A stretch of 64,000 bases of DNA from an uncultured Chloroflexota bacterium (GTDB taxonomy: Bacteria > Chloroflexota > UBA11872). Of the stretch, positions 1 to 9,101 are shown piece after piece. The notes beneath the pieces were generated by a model that saw only the letters and a list, made by a program, of their open reading frames with translations, ran no database searches and was not told where the DNA came from. Each line of letters starts with the position of its first letter. Position 1 is the first letter of the stretch. The stretch is taken from positions 3,752 to 67,751 of the forward strand of contig CAZFVB010000002.1 in assembly GCA_964522375.1 (NCBI GenBank). The letters run 5' to 3'. The position numbers were made by a program, and so were the translations under genes.

Positions 1-497
1 AAACATTTCGTCCATTCATCAATAGATCGGTAGTGATAATGACCAAGACGACGATTTACCATTTCAAGGGTTTTCTCGCCGTGCTCACACATGATTCTTG
101 AAGCAAATGCAGGGGCAGGCACCGTAAACACGAAACGACCGCCGGGTCGAAGAACGCGGGCAACCTCGCGGATTGCTGCCAAGTCATCAGGAATATGCTC
201 GAAGACACTATGGCTGTAGACAGTTCCGTACACATCCGACATCACCGGGGCCTGAACCCCGCTCCCCTGCATCACAAAACGGTAGGTATCCGAAGCACTT
301 GCCACCCGAGCTTCCGCACCAACTAGTTCGAGTCCATCGATCGGCCAATGCGAACGAAGCACAGATCGAGCAACTTCACCGTTACCACAGCCATAATCCA
401 GCACAGGACCCTGGAAAGTCAGGTCACGGAGCATGATGAACTCCGTTGCCCGCCACAGGCCAATAGCTGGTTGGTGAAGATGGGCGCGTAACGCCAT
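1..497 (-). CDS. Class I SAM-dependent methyltransferase, partial; the C-terminus runs off the window start
   Basis: Minus-strand frame translates as MALRAHL...VLDYGCGNGEVAR (motif I GxGxG) ...VFEHIPDDLAAIREVARVLRPGGRFVFTVP (motif II/III). Start ATG is at 495-497 on the complement. The ORF is missing from the supplied track because it lacks a stop inside the window. Confidence 0.7.
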   Translation of the reverse strand, partial: MALRAHLHQPAIGLWRATEFIMLRDLTFQGPVLDYGCGNGEVARSVLRSHWPIDGLELVGAEARVASASDTYRFVMQGSGVQAPVMSDVYGTVYSHSVFEHIPDDLAAIREVARVLRPGGRFVFTVPAPAFASRIMCEHGEKTLEMVNRRLGHYHYRSIDEWTKC

Positions 498-549
498 TCT
501 GAGAATTTCAAGATCGCTATGCGCGACCAGAGCCGTGGGAAAACTCTTA

Positions 550-1599
550 TTACTTCCCAAGAGCCGCCTCGACCAGTTGCCGCATACGTACTTCATATGT
601 GTGGTCTCGTTCTACACGGCGCCGTCCGGCCACAGCGATGTCATGTCGAGCTTGCGGGTCACCAAGATACCGATCAATCAACGTAAGCAGGTCGTCGCTG
701 TCCTTATAAACCGCCAGTTCTGTTCCAACATCAAATAAATCCGCCATGCGAGTTTTGTAATCAGTAAGTTGAAATGCCCCAGCCGAAGGAATCTCGAAGG
801 TCCGCATATTGGGGGCTTCTCGCATTTGGGCATGGTGAACATTCAAAGAAATCTTGGCTCCCCGATACGCCCGGGCAACCGCAGCCGCTGGCAAGAGCGT
901 GAGACCACGATGCACCGACCCAACCTTATAGTTAGCCTCAAGCTTCTCCCAACCACGACCCCATACCGCAAGCGACACATCGGCCTGCGCAATCGCCTCA
1001 ACAATATCGACACGATACCGATCCTCGGGCAGATGACCCATGTTGTGACGGGCATCGCCAACAAAAATGATGTCGACGGTATCGCTACCAGCATCATCGC
1101 CGACCCATATCGAAGGATCGGCCGCATGAGGCAAAAACTGAGCTGTTACGTTGCGGGCCTCAATATCTTGAGCATAACTTGGATCGGCCAGAAAGAATCG
1201 ATCATATAGATGAGCCGCGGCCACAATATTTGGGAACCAAGTTGGATCATCACCGCTCCAGTGAACCATGGGGCCATCGGTCAGGTGACCGATCCGCTCG
1301 ATCGTCTCAGGAAGCAACACTTCGCCCTTGAGCACTACCGTCAGCTCCGGACGATGCTGAGCAGCAACCTTGAGAACGTCTAAATTGTCGCGTCGTAATA
1401 CGCCAAGCACCCGTTCCATATGAAACCGATCTGCGCCAACGAGCCGTCGCTGCAACCTAGCCCAAGGTCCGGCCGGTCGATCAAGACCGGCACTGTAGCG
1501 ATGCATCACCACGTCATGACCAATACCAACAAGCCCCGCGGCACAGTATTCAACCCATTGACCGGTATCCCAAGCAGGTCCGATTAGGAGGACACGCAT
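550..1599 (-). CDS. CgeB-like glycosyltransferase (DUF3880 N-terminus plus Glyco_trans_1_2-type C-terminus)
   Basis: The 364-aa ORF carries an RTFEIPSAGAFQLTDY motif typical of the CgeB / spore-maturation glycosyltransferase family. Likely start is MRVLLIGP at 1599. An AGGAGG-looking string at 1585-1590 lies inside the coding sequence and is not an RBS. Confidence 0.65.
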   Translation of the reverse strand: MRVLLIGPAWDTGQWVEYCAAGLVGIGHDVVMHRYSAGLDRPAGPWARLQRRLVGADRFHMERVLGVLRRDNLDVLKVAAQHRPELTVVLKGEVLLPETIERIGHLTDGPMVHWSGDDPTWFPNIVAAAHLYDRFFLADPSYAQDIEARNVTAQFLPHAADPSIWVGDDAGSDTVDIIFVGDARHNMGHLPEDRYRVDIVEAIAQADVSLAVWGRGWEKLEANYKVGSVHRGLTLLPAAAVARAYRGAKISLNVHHAQMREAPNMRTFEIPSAGAFQLTDYKTRMADLFDVGTELAVYKDSDDLLTLIDRYLGDPQARHDIAVAGRRRVERDHTYEVRMRQLVEAALGK

Positions 1600-2741
1600 G
1601 CGCGCTCGATTGCTCCCCATAAATTGTGTGCTGCCGCCTTCCATGTGAAGGCTTCAGCCCGCCTTATTCCACGACCAATCATGTCTGATCGAAGCTGCTG
1701 ATCACCAGAAAGTCTGGCGATGGCACTGGAAATAGCAGCCGGGTCCTCGGGGTTCACAAGAAGACCAGCCTCGCCTACCACCTCAGACAATCCAGCATCG
1801 TCTGCGGCGATAACAGGAACACCCGACGCCATTGCCTCCAACGCCGGCATGCCAAACCCTTCGTCACGAGCAACACTGATAAAAGCAGTGGCCCCGGCGA
1901 TAAGCAGTGGAAGATCATCTTCAGCAACCCGACCAATACACCGAGCCACAGCAGGGCCAGCCTGCTCAATGGCTTCAATCGACGACTCGGACTGCCACCC
2001 AGCAGCCCCCGCAATAACAAGTTGTCTTCCTACCCCCTGAGCGTGATCTCGAGTCACTGCTTCAACGAGGGTGGGGATGTTCTTCCGAGGCTGGATGGTT
2101 CCAACAAAAATCACGTAATCACTCTCGATATGGTGTCTACGACGGCACGCCGCTATATCTTCCGAATCGTAATTCGGATGAAACCGCTTGGAATCAACGC
2201 CGTGGTGAGCCGTCAATATCTTGGTTGGTGAAACACCGTAACTCCGAGCAACATCCCGGGCCACGACGTCAGAAACAGCAACAACAATTGTGGCGGCATG
2301 CACGTTAACGGCGGTCCACCGATCAAGTTCGGCAATCAACGCTTCATCAAAGTTTTCTTGTGCATCCGGATGAATAAAAGCCAGATCGTGGACGATGACG
2401 ACCCGTGCACCAATCCCAAACGCGGGCGGCGGCTCATGAGCGCTCTGGACGTAAACGTCCCACCTACGTAGCAAACCCTGGATTGCTACTCGAAGCCGAT
2501 ACCACGGATCAGCTTCCAGGATTCCCCTGAGCACCCTGTTGCCTGCCGGAAACGGCCGAAGTACTCGAGCGCCCTGGCTAAGATTTTCGGAACCTGAAAA
2601 TCGAAGTGGAGCATCACATAGGTACTCCACCATATGGCCACCGGGGATCTTCGCCATCTCCCGAACCAGCGCCCGCATGCTCTCACCATGCCCATCCGGA
2701 ATACCCAAATTGGCATTACGTATATTCACAGCCACACGCAT
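1584..2741 (-). CDS. Glycosyltransferase family 4 (GT-B, Glycos_transf_1)
   Basis: Has the C-terminal EGFGMPALEAMASGVPVIA E-x7-E motif and a typical MRVAVNI start with GGGAG 12 nt upstream. Start ATG sits 1 nt after the flippase TGA. Confidence 0.85.
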   Translation of the reverse strand: MRVAVNIRNANLGIPDGHGESMRALVREMAKIPGGHMVEYLCDAPLRFSGSENLSQGARVLRPFPAGNRVLRGILEADPWYRLRVAIQGLLRRWDVYVQSAHEPPPAFGIGARVVIVHDLAFIHPDAQENFDEALIAELDRWTAVNVHAATIVVAVSDVVARDVARSYGVSPTKILTAHHGVDSKRFHPNYDSEDIAACRRRHHIESDYVIFVGTIQPRKNIPTLVEAVTRDHAQGVGRQLVIAGAAGWQSESSIEAIEQAGPAVARCIGRVAEDDLPLLIAGATAFISVARDEGFGMPALEAMASGVPVIAADDAGLSEVVGEAGLLVNPEDPAAISSAIARLSGDQQLRSDMIGRGIRRAEAFTWKAAAHNLWGAIERACVSS

Positions 2742-2742
2742 A

Positions 2743-4206
2743 TCAGCTTGACACTCCCATACCATCTCTCCGTCGAAGCGCCCCAAGCTCTACCTGCAGT
2801 GCCCGACGATCAATGACATACAGAACACCGAGGTAAACCGCAGCAACAACCAGGCATCCTTGAATCAGCAGTACCGCATCAGTAAGCAGTGGAAGTAATA
2901 CAAATCGTCCAACAACACCGGCTATGACGGCAGCAACGAACGGTCGAACCATACGCCGAACCACACGCAACCCAAACTCCCGTCTGCCAATTGGGATCAA
3001 CACCATCGTGGCCACAGCCTGAGAAACAGCGAGTGCAATCGGAATAGACAGAAACCCAACGCCTGCCGTCATAAGACCCACTGCCAACACCCACGCCCCG
3101 ATTGCCCAGACCACAGCCACCGTAAGCACCACTCTCGTTTTTCCAATCGCAATGAGAATAGGCGTGATAAGACCATTAATTGGCACAAGAACCGCGTTAA
3201 GGACGAAAATGTATAGAGCAGGAACCGCTGGCAACCACTGATCGCCGTAGATAAGGCTTGCGACTTCAGGACCAAACGAAATAAGCGCGGCGAACGCGGG
3301 CAACGTAACAATCGCATTCCACTTAAGCGTCAATTCCGCCCCCCGTCGAACCCGTTCTGGATTATCTTGAATTCGAGAAAATGCCGGGAGGCTGACACGA
3401 GCCACCAGTTGTGTCATGACCAGAGGCTGGGAAGAGACACGATTTGCCCAGCTCAATAATCCGGTCGCTGAGGCGCCGAATGCTCGTGGCGCGAACAAGG
3501 GAACAAGCGAATCCTTGATCGTTAGCGCAATACGGGATGCCTGAAACCTGGCGCCAAAATTCACGTGGGAACGAAGCACCCTAAGCCGCATCGTCGGGAT
3601 CGGCCACCAGGGTCTCGCCACAACAACAGCGACCGTTGAAATAATGCTGGCACCGACATGGGCAATCACGAGACTCCAGACCCCAGCCGCACCAATCGCG
3701 AAACCTATTCCCAAGCTGAAGTAGCAAAAACTTCCCAAAATATCGGCCGTTGCCAAACGACCAAACTGCAGATGCCGTTCGAGTAACGCGGCCGGCACTA
3801 CTCGAAACGCTGACAAAAATATTGACAATGCGAACACCCGAGTCATCCAAGGATCAATTGCAGCGTTCAAAAGGCTGTCGACAACAACGGGGCCACCTAG
3901 AAACAACAACAACCCACCGATAATCACTAGCCCAAGTTGTCCGGTGAACACCGCGCGTAAATCCTGACTATTGGGTTCGGATCCACGTTGAATAAGGCTC
4001 GGCTGCAAACCAAGATCAGCAAACTGTTTGACCAACCCTGCTAGAAATGCAATCGGAACAATAACGCCGAAGTCAGCAGGCGTTAGCAAGCGAAAGAGCG
4101 CAATGTTTCCTGCAAAAGCAACAAGTTTCATGCCACCTTCACGAAGACCAAGGCTGACAACCCCACGTATCGCTTGCTGCCCCAAGTCGCCCGATGGTCT
4201 ACTCAT
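2743..4206 (-). CDS. Wzx-like oligosaccharide flippase (MOP superfamily polysaccharide biosynthesis protein)
   Basis: About 12-14 predicted hydrophobic helices and a length (~490 aa) and composition typical of PST-family flippases. Start ATG at 4206 overlaps the upstream GT4 stop (gATGAgTAG). Confidence 0.7.
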   Translation of the reverse strand: MSRPSGDLGQQAIRGVVSLGLREGGMKLVAFAGNIALFRLLTPADFGVIVPIAFLAGLVKQFADLGLQPSLIQRGSEPNSQDLRAVFTGQLGLVIIGGLLLFLGGPVVVDSLLNAAIDPWMTRVFALSIFLSAFRVVPAALLERHLQFGRLATADILGSFCYFSLGIGFAIGAAGVWSLVIAHVGASIISTVAVVVARPWWPIPTMRLRVLRSHVNFGARFQASRIALTIKDSLVPLFAPRAFGASATGLLSWANRVSSQPLVMTQLVARVSLPAFSRIQDNPERVRRGAELTLKWNAIVTLPAFAALISFGPEVASLIYGDQWLPAVPALYIFVLNAVLVPINGLITPILIAIGKTRVVLTVAVVWAIGAWVLAVGLMTAGVGFLSIPIALAVSQAVATMVLIPIGRREFGLRVVRRMVRPFVAAVIAGVVGRFVLLPLLTDAVLLIQGCLVVAAVYLGVLYVIDRRALQVELGALRRRDGMGVSS

Positions 4207-5323
4207 CAAGCCGATATCCAAGCGAGCCGGCATATATGTCTAGAAGTTGATCAACGGACCTCCGCCACGTCATCGCGGCTACCCGACGACGGGCCCCCGC
4301 AGCTAGGGCCTCCCACCGCGCATCGTCAGTCAGCAGTTCCCGGACCGCCCGCAGAAGTTCGCTCGCATTGTCAGGGGCAACAAGAAGGCCATTCATATTG
4401 TGTACAACCGGTTCTTCTGCACCGCAGTCACGAGTACTTACTACGGGAGTTCCACAAGCATTCGCTTCAAGCAACACCAAACCGAACCCTTCAAAGTCGC
4501 TTTTCCACGACCGATACGGCATTACGACCAAACGGGCCCTGTGGTACCACTCGGCAAGTTCTTGCTGGCTAACCACACCTGTGAAAGTGACCCGGCCCTG
4601 TAGATCAAGCGCGTTAATCCGTGCCTGCAACCGTTGGACATACGGAGACGAAGAATTGTAGGGCCCGACAATCACATAACGATCAGCGACACCTTCTGAC
4701 CTAAGCGTCGCAAACGCCTCCAACATTACGTCGTAGCCTTTGCGTGGCTTCGGCTCTCCAACAGACACGATTAATCTTGGCTCGCGTACGGGAGGATTGG
4801 ATTGGGCAAAATCATCAGCTCTTACCGCAAGCGGAACCACAGAAGCCTGCAGCACTCCTGTATCCGCCTCGATACGTTCTCTCGTGTATCGACTGATGGC
4901 CGGAAGACCTCGAGCTCGCCGTAGCGCCCAGCGAAGAGCCATCCCTTCAATACGGGGACGGCCTGACGGAAGTGCATAAGTCCCGACCAGCGAAACAAAA
5001 TACGGACGCTGACCGGAAGCTGCGGCAACAACGGGAGCAAAGGGCTCGATCATGCAATGAACTACATCTACTCCCCGAAGCGCTCGGACAAGAGGTGCAA
5101 ATGTCCGAATGAACACTCGCACGGGATGGCGACTCCCATACTGGAACGACGGAATACTCAAGTGATCAGAGTGAGAACGTAGTTTGGGGATCGCAAGCCG
5201 ATCCCGTGGACTCACCAAACGAACATCCACCCCTGAGGAAATTAGCTCATCAGCAATTTCACCAGCGTACCGACCCCACCCGGTAGTGGGATCGAGTACA
5301 TCACTGACCAGTGCTAACTTCAT
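4199..5323 (-). CDS. Glycosyltransferase family 4
   Basis: Begins MKLALVSDV...; carries FEGFGLVLLEANACGTPVV (E-x7-E); 374 aa. Confidence 0.85.
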   Translation of the reverse strand: MKLALVSDVLDPTTGWGRYAGEIADELISSGVDVRLVSPRDRLAIPKLRSHSDHLSIPSFQYGSRHPVRVFIRTFAPLVRALRGVDVVHCMIEPFAPVVAAASGQRPYFVSLVGTYALPSGRPRIEGMALRWALRRARGLPAISRYTRERIEADTGVLQASVVPLAVRADDFAQSNPPVREPRLIVSVGEPKPRKGYDVMLEAFATLRSEGVADRYVIVGPYNSSSPYVQRLQARINALDLQGRVTFTGVVSQQELAEWYHRARLVVMPYRSWKSDFEGFGLVLLEANACGTPVVSTRDCGAEEPVVHNMNGLLVAPDNASELLRAVRELLTDDARWEALAAGARRRVAAMTWRRSVDQLLDIYAGSLGYRLDE

Positions 5324-7890
5324 GTTCTATCAATCCGCCAACCCAACACGAGCAAAACCAGCAATACACCAACTCCGAGCATCGACAAGAAAATCGCCTG
5401 AGGAAATCCAGGGGGCATGTACGACATAACGATGGTGTGAACCCCGCTGTTATTGACAGGAACCCCACGCATCATCGTATTGACAGTAATCATTTCTACA
5501 GGCTGGCCATCAATAGTGGCTTCCCATCCTGGATACATCGCCTCATTAAGAACCACAAGTCCGTGTCCATCCGTTACCACTTGAATCTTCAGGTGGCGTG
5601 GCGAACGGAGAATCTGATACTCCAGCAAGCCTGTTTCAGAAGCATCACGCGGCAACCCAGGATCACGGTCTACCATAGCGACAGCTGGTCTACGCGCAAT
5701 CGCATCCCAAACGTCGATAGATGCTGAAGCCACATCAATGGTCTTCCAGTCCCGCGCGAACCACACACGTGGAAACCAATCACGTAATTCATAGACGTAC
5801 AAAGATTGTTGAACCGGCGACCAGTTCGGCAGATCGATCAACCCGGATTGACGTTCTACCAGTTGCGGATGCTCAAGCTTCACCCCAGACAGCACATACC
5901 GAACGTTTCCAACGGCCAAAGCTGGCAACCTGCGACCCAACATGTCGGCTCGCTCGTCGCCATTGATTCCTGAATCAACAGCAAAACCATTAACGGTGGT
6001 CCGTTCGCTACCGACGTATGCAAGATAGTCGGCTACAGGACGGGACATAAGGTTTTCATATCCGTCGATCGAAGCCCATGCCCGAGTAAATGGCAAATTC
6101 GGGGTCAATGTCTCGTTAAGAAAAATGTATTCGAGTAAATCACGCCGTGACCGGCCAATATCAGTGCCGGCGGCTGTCGACAGCTCAAATTTCTGGGCCA
6201 ATCCCCGATATGAGAAGACCCGCCACTCATCGGTCGAATGGCCGGGCATAACAGCAGCCGCTCGTGGTTCTCGTGCATACCAACCAGTGTCGCTGGTAGG
6301 AATCATATGACCCGGGGCCACCAAAACATCGACCACGAGAATGCCCACCAGCATCACCTGTGCACGCTGCGCTTCGATGTGGCGGCGCATAAAACCCCAT
6401 AAAACAGCTGCCGTCAGGAGCGCCGCCAACAACGTCCAGCGAGGTGTCCAAAACTCAAGACTGAATGCGGTCGCCATCCGCTCATAAAGCTGATCGAACG
6501 TCCGGTAATAACGCTCGGCGGAGAGAAATCGGCCCTCGGAACCCACAATAGCCCGATCGATATAGTCGTATCCATACGGAACTATTACGAACGCTAATCC
6601 GCTCAACACAATAGTCGCTATCACAGTACCCGCACCAACAAGCCCAGCAGCCCACAGCCAAATCTTCGTTACCCATTTGGCGGCAACACTCCCCCGAAGA
6701 TCAACCGAACGAATCTGATCAATACCAATCGCCGCAAGATAAGCCAAGCCAAAGCTCGCCACGATCCCAAACCTCGCCGGTTGCCGAAAAAACCCAAAAA
6801 GCGGGATCTTGTGCAGCAAGGGAAACCCGAGACTGAACGAGCCCATGGCGAAGATCCAGCTCAGGATGACCAGACCAGTCAAGAACCACACCAACCGATG
6901 GCGATTTCTCGAACAAAGAGCCAAAAGGGCAAGAGCCGGTGTTGCAAAACCCAAATACAACAGTTCTTCGGCGTTGAGCCGATCACCCAACACCTTTGGA
7001 ATCTCAAAAGACGGGAAGAGGTACCCGAGAACCAGGCTCCATGGCGGAATCGAGCCCTGAGCCGCGATCTCAAAATCAAGCCCAGACGCACGTACAGAAA
7101 GCGCGGTGGTACTCACCGTAGGTAACAAACGAACCGCACTGACAAGCAACCCGGCAGCCACCGCCACGGTGATCCATACGATCGACTTCGCAGCAGAGCG
7201 AAATTTTCCATCACGCCATGCGCACAACAATCGATACGAGATAAAGATCATCCAGGTAAACCCAAACAACAGCGCTATTTGCGGATGCCCCGCAACCCCC
7301 ATGACCGCCGCACACAACCCAAGCAGCGCCAGATACCGTCTATGCCCACGAGTAACTAACTCAATCGCGGCAATGCCAGCAGGAAGAGCAAAGTAAATGT
7401 CGGCATAGTTGAGGAACCGAGAAGTTGCAAACACAAAGGCGCCGTACGTAAACAGAAATGCGGCGAGATACGCAGCCAGCCGACTCAATCCCCAGACCCG
7501 GCCAAGCCAATAAGCCGCCACCGCCGCAAACACTAACCCCAGCGCCAATTCCAATGTGTATGCACGAAGAGGATCGAGAACCCTCAGCAACATCCAAGTC
7601 AACGGATAGAACCAGCCAAACTCAGAAAACGCGATAGGAAATCCCGATAACATCCCATCCGTCCAGAGCGGAATATGCCCGTCCCGGATACCGTTCGCCA
7701 GAACCGTATATCGGGGCTGATAACTCAGAAGTAGATCAAGATCCAGCCACGCAGATCCGTTAAATAAAAGCTCTCGATAAAGCAGCAAAAGGGGCCATAG
7801 CAAACCAACCCCAACTAAAACGCGACGTCGTGCTAGAGACCCGGTGGTTGCTGCATGTACAACCCGATCCATAACCTGTCCAAATCTCAT
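5320..7890 (-). CDS. YfhO-family polytopic membrane protein (extracytoplasmic glycosyl transfer to polymers)
   Basis: N-terminal motif GHIPLWTDGMLSGFPIAFSEFGWFYP matches the YfhO signature. Many TM helices precede a ~350-aa C-terminal soluble domain. Start ATG at 7890 overlaps the upstream GT4 stop (ATGA); the 7947 start in the ORF track is probably too long. Confidence 0.7.
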   Translation of the reverse strand: MRFGQVMDRVVHAATTGSLARRRVLVGVGLLWPLLLLYRELLFNGSAWLDLDLLLSYQPRYTVLANGIRDGHIPLWTDGMLSGFPIAFSEFGWFYPLTWMLLRVLDPLRAYTLELALGLVFAAVAAYWLGRVWGLSRLAAYLAAFLFTYGAFVFATSRFLNYADIYFALPAGIAAIELVTRGHRRYLALLGLCAAVMGVAGHPQIALLFGFTWMIFISYRLLCAWRDGKFRSAAKSIVWITVAVAAGLLVSAVRLLPTVSTTALSVRASGLDFEIAAQGSIPPWSLVLGYLFPSFEIPKVLGDRLNAEELLYLGFATPALALLALCSRNRHRLVWFLTGLVILSWIFAMGSFSLGFPLLHKIPLFGFFRQPARFGIVASFGLAYLAAIGIDQIRSVDLRGSVAAKWVTKIWLWAAGLVGAGTVIATIVLSGLAFVIVPYGYDYIDRAIVGSEGRFLSAERYYRTFDQLYERMATAFSLEFWTPRWTLLAALLTAAVLWGFMRRHIEAQRAQVMLVGILVVDVLVAPGHMIPTSDTGWYAREPRAAAVMPGHSTDEWRVFSYRGLAQKFELSTAAGTDIGRSRRDLLEYIFLNETLTPNLPFTRAWASIDGYENLMSRPVADYLAYVGSERTTVNGFAVDSGINGDERADMLGRRLPALAVGNVRYVLSGVKLEHPQLVERQSGLIDLPNWSPVQQSLYVYELRDWFPRVWFARDWKTIDVASASIDVWDAIARRPAVAMVDRDPGLPRDASETGLLEYQILRSPRHLKIQVVTDGHGLVVLNEAMYPGWEATIDGQPVEMITVNTMMRGVPVNNSGVHTIVMSYMPPGFPQAIFLSMLGVGVLLVLLVLGWRIDRT

Positions 7891-9098
7891 GAGACCAATT
7901 GATCCGGGCTTAAGAAAATCACGATACTTTCGGCCCGCTTTGTCCAAGTCATATCTTCAACTTCCGCGCGCGCAACTTGCGCCAACGCACGGGCGAGCAC
8001 ATGATCATTTAACAGGCGGGTTACAGCGTCAGCGAGCGCTTCAGGCTCGTCGGGAGTAACAAGAAGCGCATTTTCTCCGTCCCGCAAGATCTCGCGAAGC
8101 GAAGGTAAATTGCTAGCCACGATCGGCCGTTGGGCCGCCATATACTCAAAAAGTTTGAGCGGCGAAGTGTAACTGCGAGCAATTTCTTCACGGGCACTGA
8201 ATGGAATCACCGCAACGTCAGCCGCAAGAAGATATTTGCGAGCGAGCGAAGGTGAGAGATGGCCTATTACATGAACATTGTTATGGCCAGACGCAGCCGA
8301 ACGAATGCGCTCAAGATCTGGTGATACACCACCAACGATATACCAGTGCACATTCTGATCCATGTGATCGACAGCCTGCACCAAGACATCCACCCCCTTC
8401 CAAGGATATAGATGTCCGATATAGCAGGCTATAGGCGCCGCTTCAGGCAAGTCCAAATCTTGGCGCGACATCACCTGACCATCTGGGTCAAACGCTGCCA
8501 CATCAACCGCATCGGCAGCTACCAGGACTCGGGAGGGATCAAATCCAGCATCCAAATACCACTGCCGAAGCCCTGCGGTAATGGTCACTACGCCGTCCAT
8601 GCGACGTACAGCCCACCGGTGCAATGCTGACGAAAATTTGGATCGAGGCACCGTGTGAGCCTCAAACGCAAACTTGGCCTCACGCCTCGTAATAAGTCTG
8701 AGCACCGTGAGCGGAAGGAGGTCGCGACTAATCACAATGTCACCTCGCCATCGCTCAGCCATAAATGCAGCAGAAATAGTAAAAGTCCAAAGCTGCAAGA
8801 AGTGAGCCGCCAGTCGTATTGGCGCCACATTTAACAACGGCCAATCGATAGTCACTCGTTTAATCGCGTCAATCGTCGGAAGCCCGACTAATCTGAAACT
8901 TCTGGCCACATTGGCATAGTCGAACGGATCACCGACCTTTCGCATAGCAACCGTGTTCGCTCTCCGGGCATAGGCAAGCGTGACTTGCGCACCGTTACTA
9001 GCAAACGCTGCCGCCATATGCATGATCTGCATAGGATGGGCTCGTTCGCTCGGAATACGTGCATTGGCGATCATCACAATCCGCAAGGGGTGACTCAT
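7887..9098 (-). CDS. Glycosyltransferase family 4
   Basis: GT-B architecture with a C-terminal PFSAREEIARSYTSPLKLFEYMAAQRPIVAS motif (EX7E-like); 403 aa. Confidence 0.8.
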   Translation of the reverse strand: MSHPLRIVMIANARIPSERAHPMQIMHMAAAFASNGAQVTLAYARRANTVAMRKVGDPFDYANVARSFRLVGLPTIDAIKRVTIDWPLLNVAPIRLAAHFLQLWTFTISAAFMAERWRGDIVISRDLLPLTVLRLITRREAKFAFEAHTVPRSKFSSALHRWAVRRMDGVVTITAGLRQWYLDAGFDPSRVLVAADAVDVAAFDPDGQVMSRQDLDLPEAAPIACYIGHLYPWKGVDVLVQAVDHMDQNVHWYIVGGVSPDLERIRSAASGHNNVHVIGHLSPSLARKYLLAADVAVIPFSAREEIARSYTSPLKLFEYMAAQRPIVASNLPSLREILRDGENALLVTPDEPEALADAVTRLLNDHVLARALAQVARAEVEDMTWTKRAESIVIFLSPDQLVS

Positions 9099-9101
9099 GA
9101 A

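Noticed and set aside
769-1209. 146-aa plus-strand ORF, with many similar ones (e.g. 1720-2040, 11304-11876, 33527-33949, 34499-35047, 51269-51715)
   Set aside because: They lie entirely antisense or out of frame within strongly supported genes (GTs, carB, recN). Their composition is Arg/Pro/Ser-rich, typical of shadow ORFs in GC-rich DNA. No independent support exists.
1581-1600. AGGAGG string that looks like a strong Shine-Dalgarno sequence
   Set aside because: It is on the plus strand and, read on the coding (minus) strand, forms the Leu-Leu codons of MRVLLIG at the start of the CgeB-like gene. It is not a ribosome-binding site.
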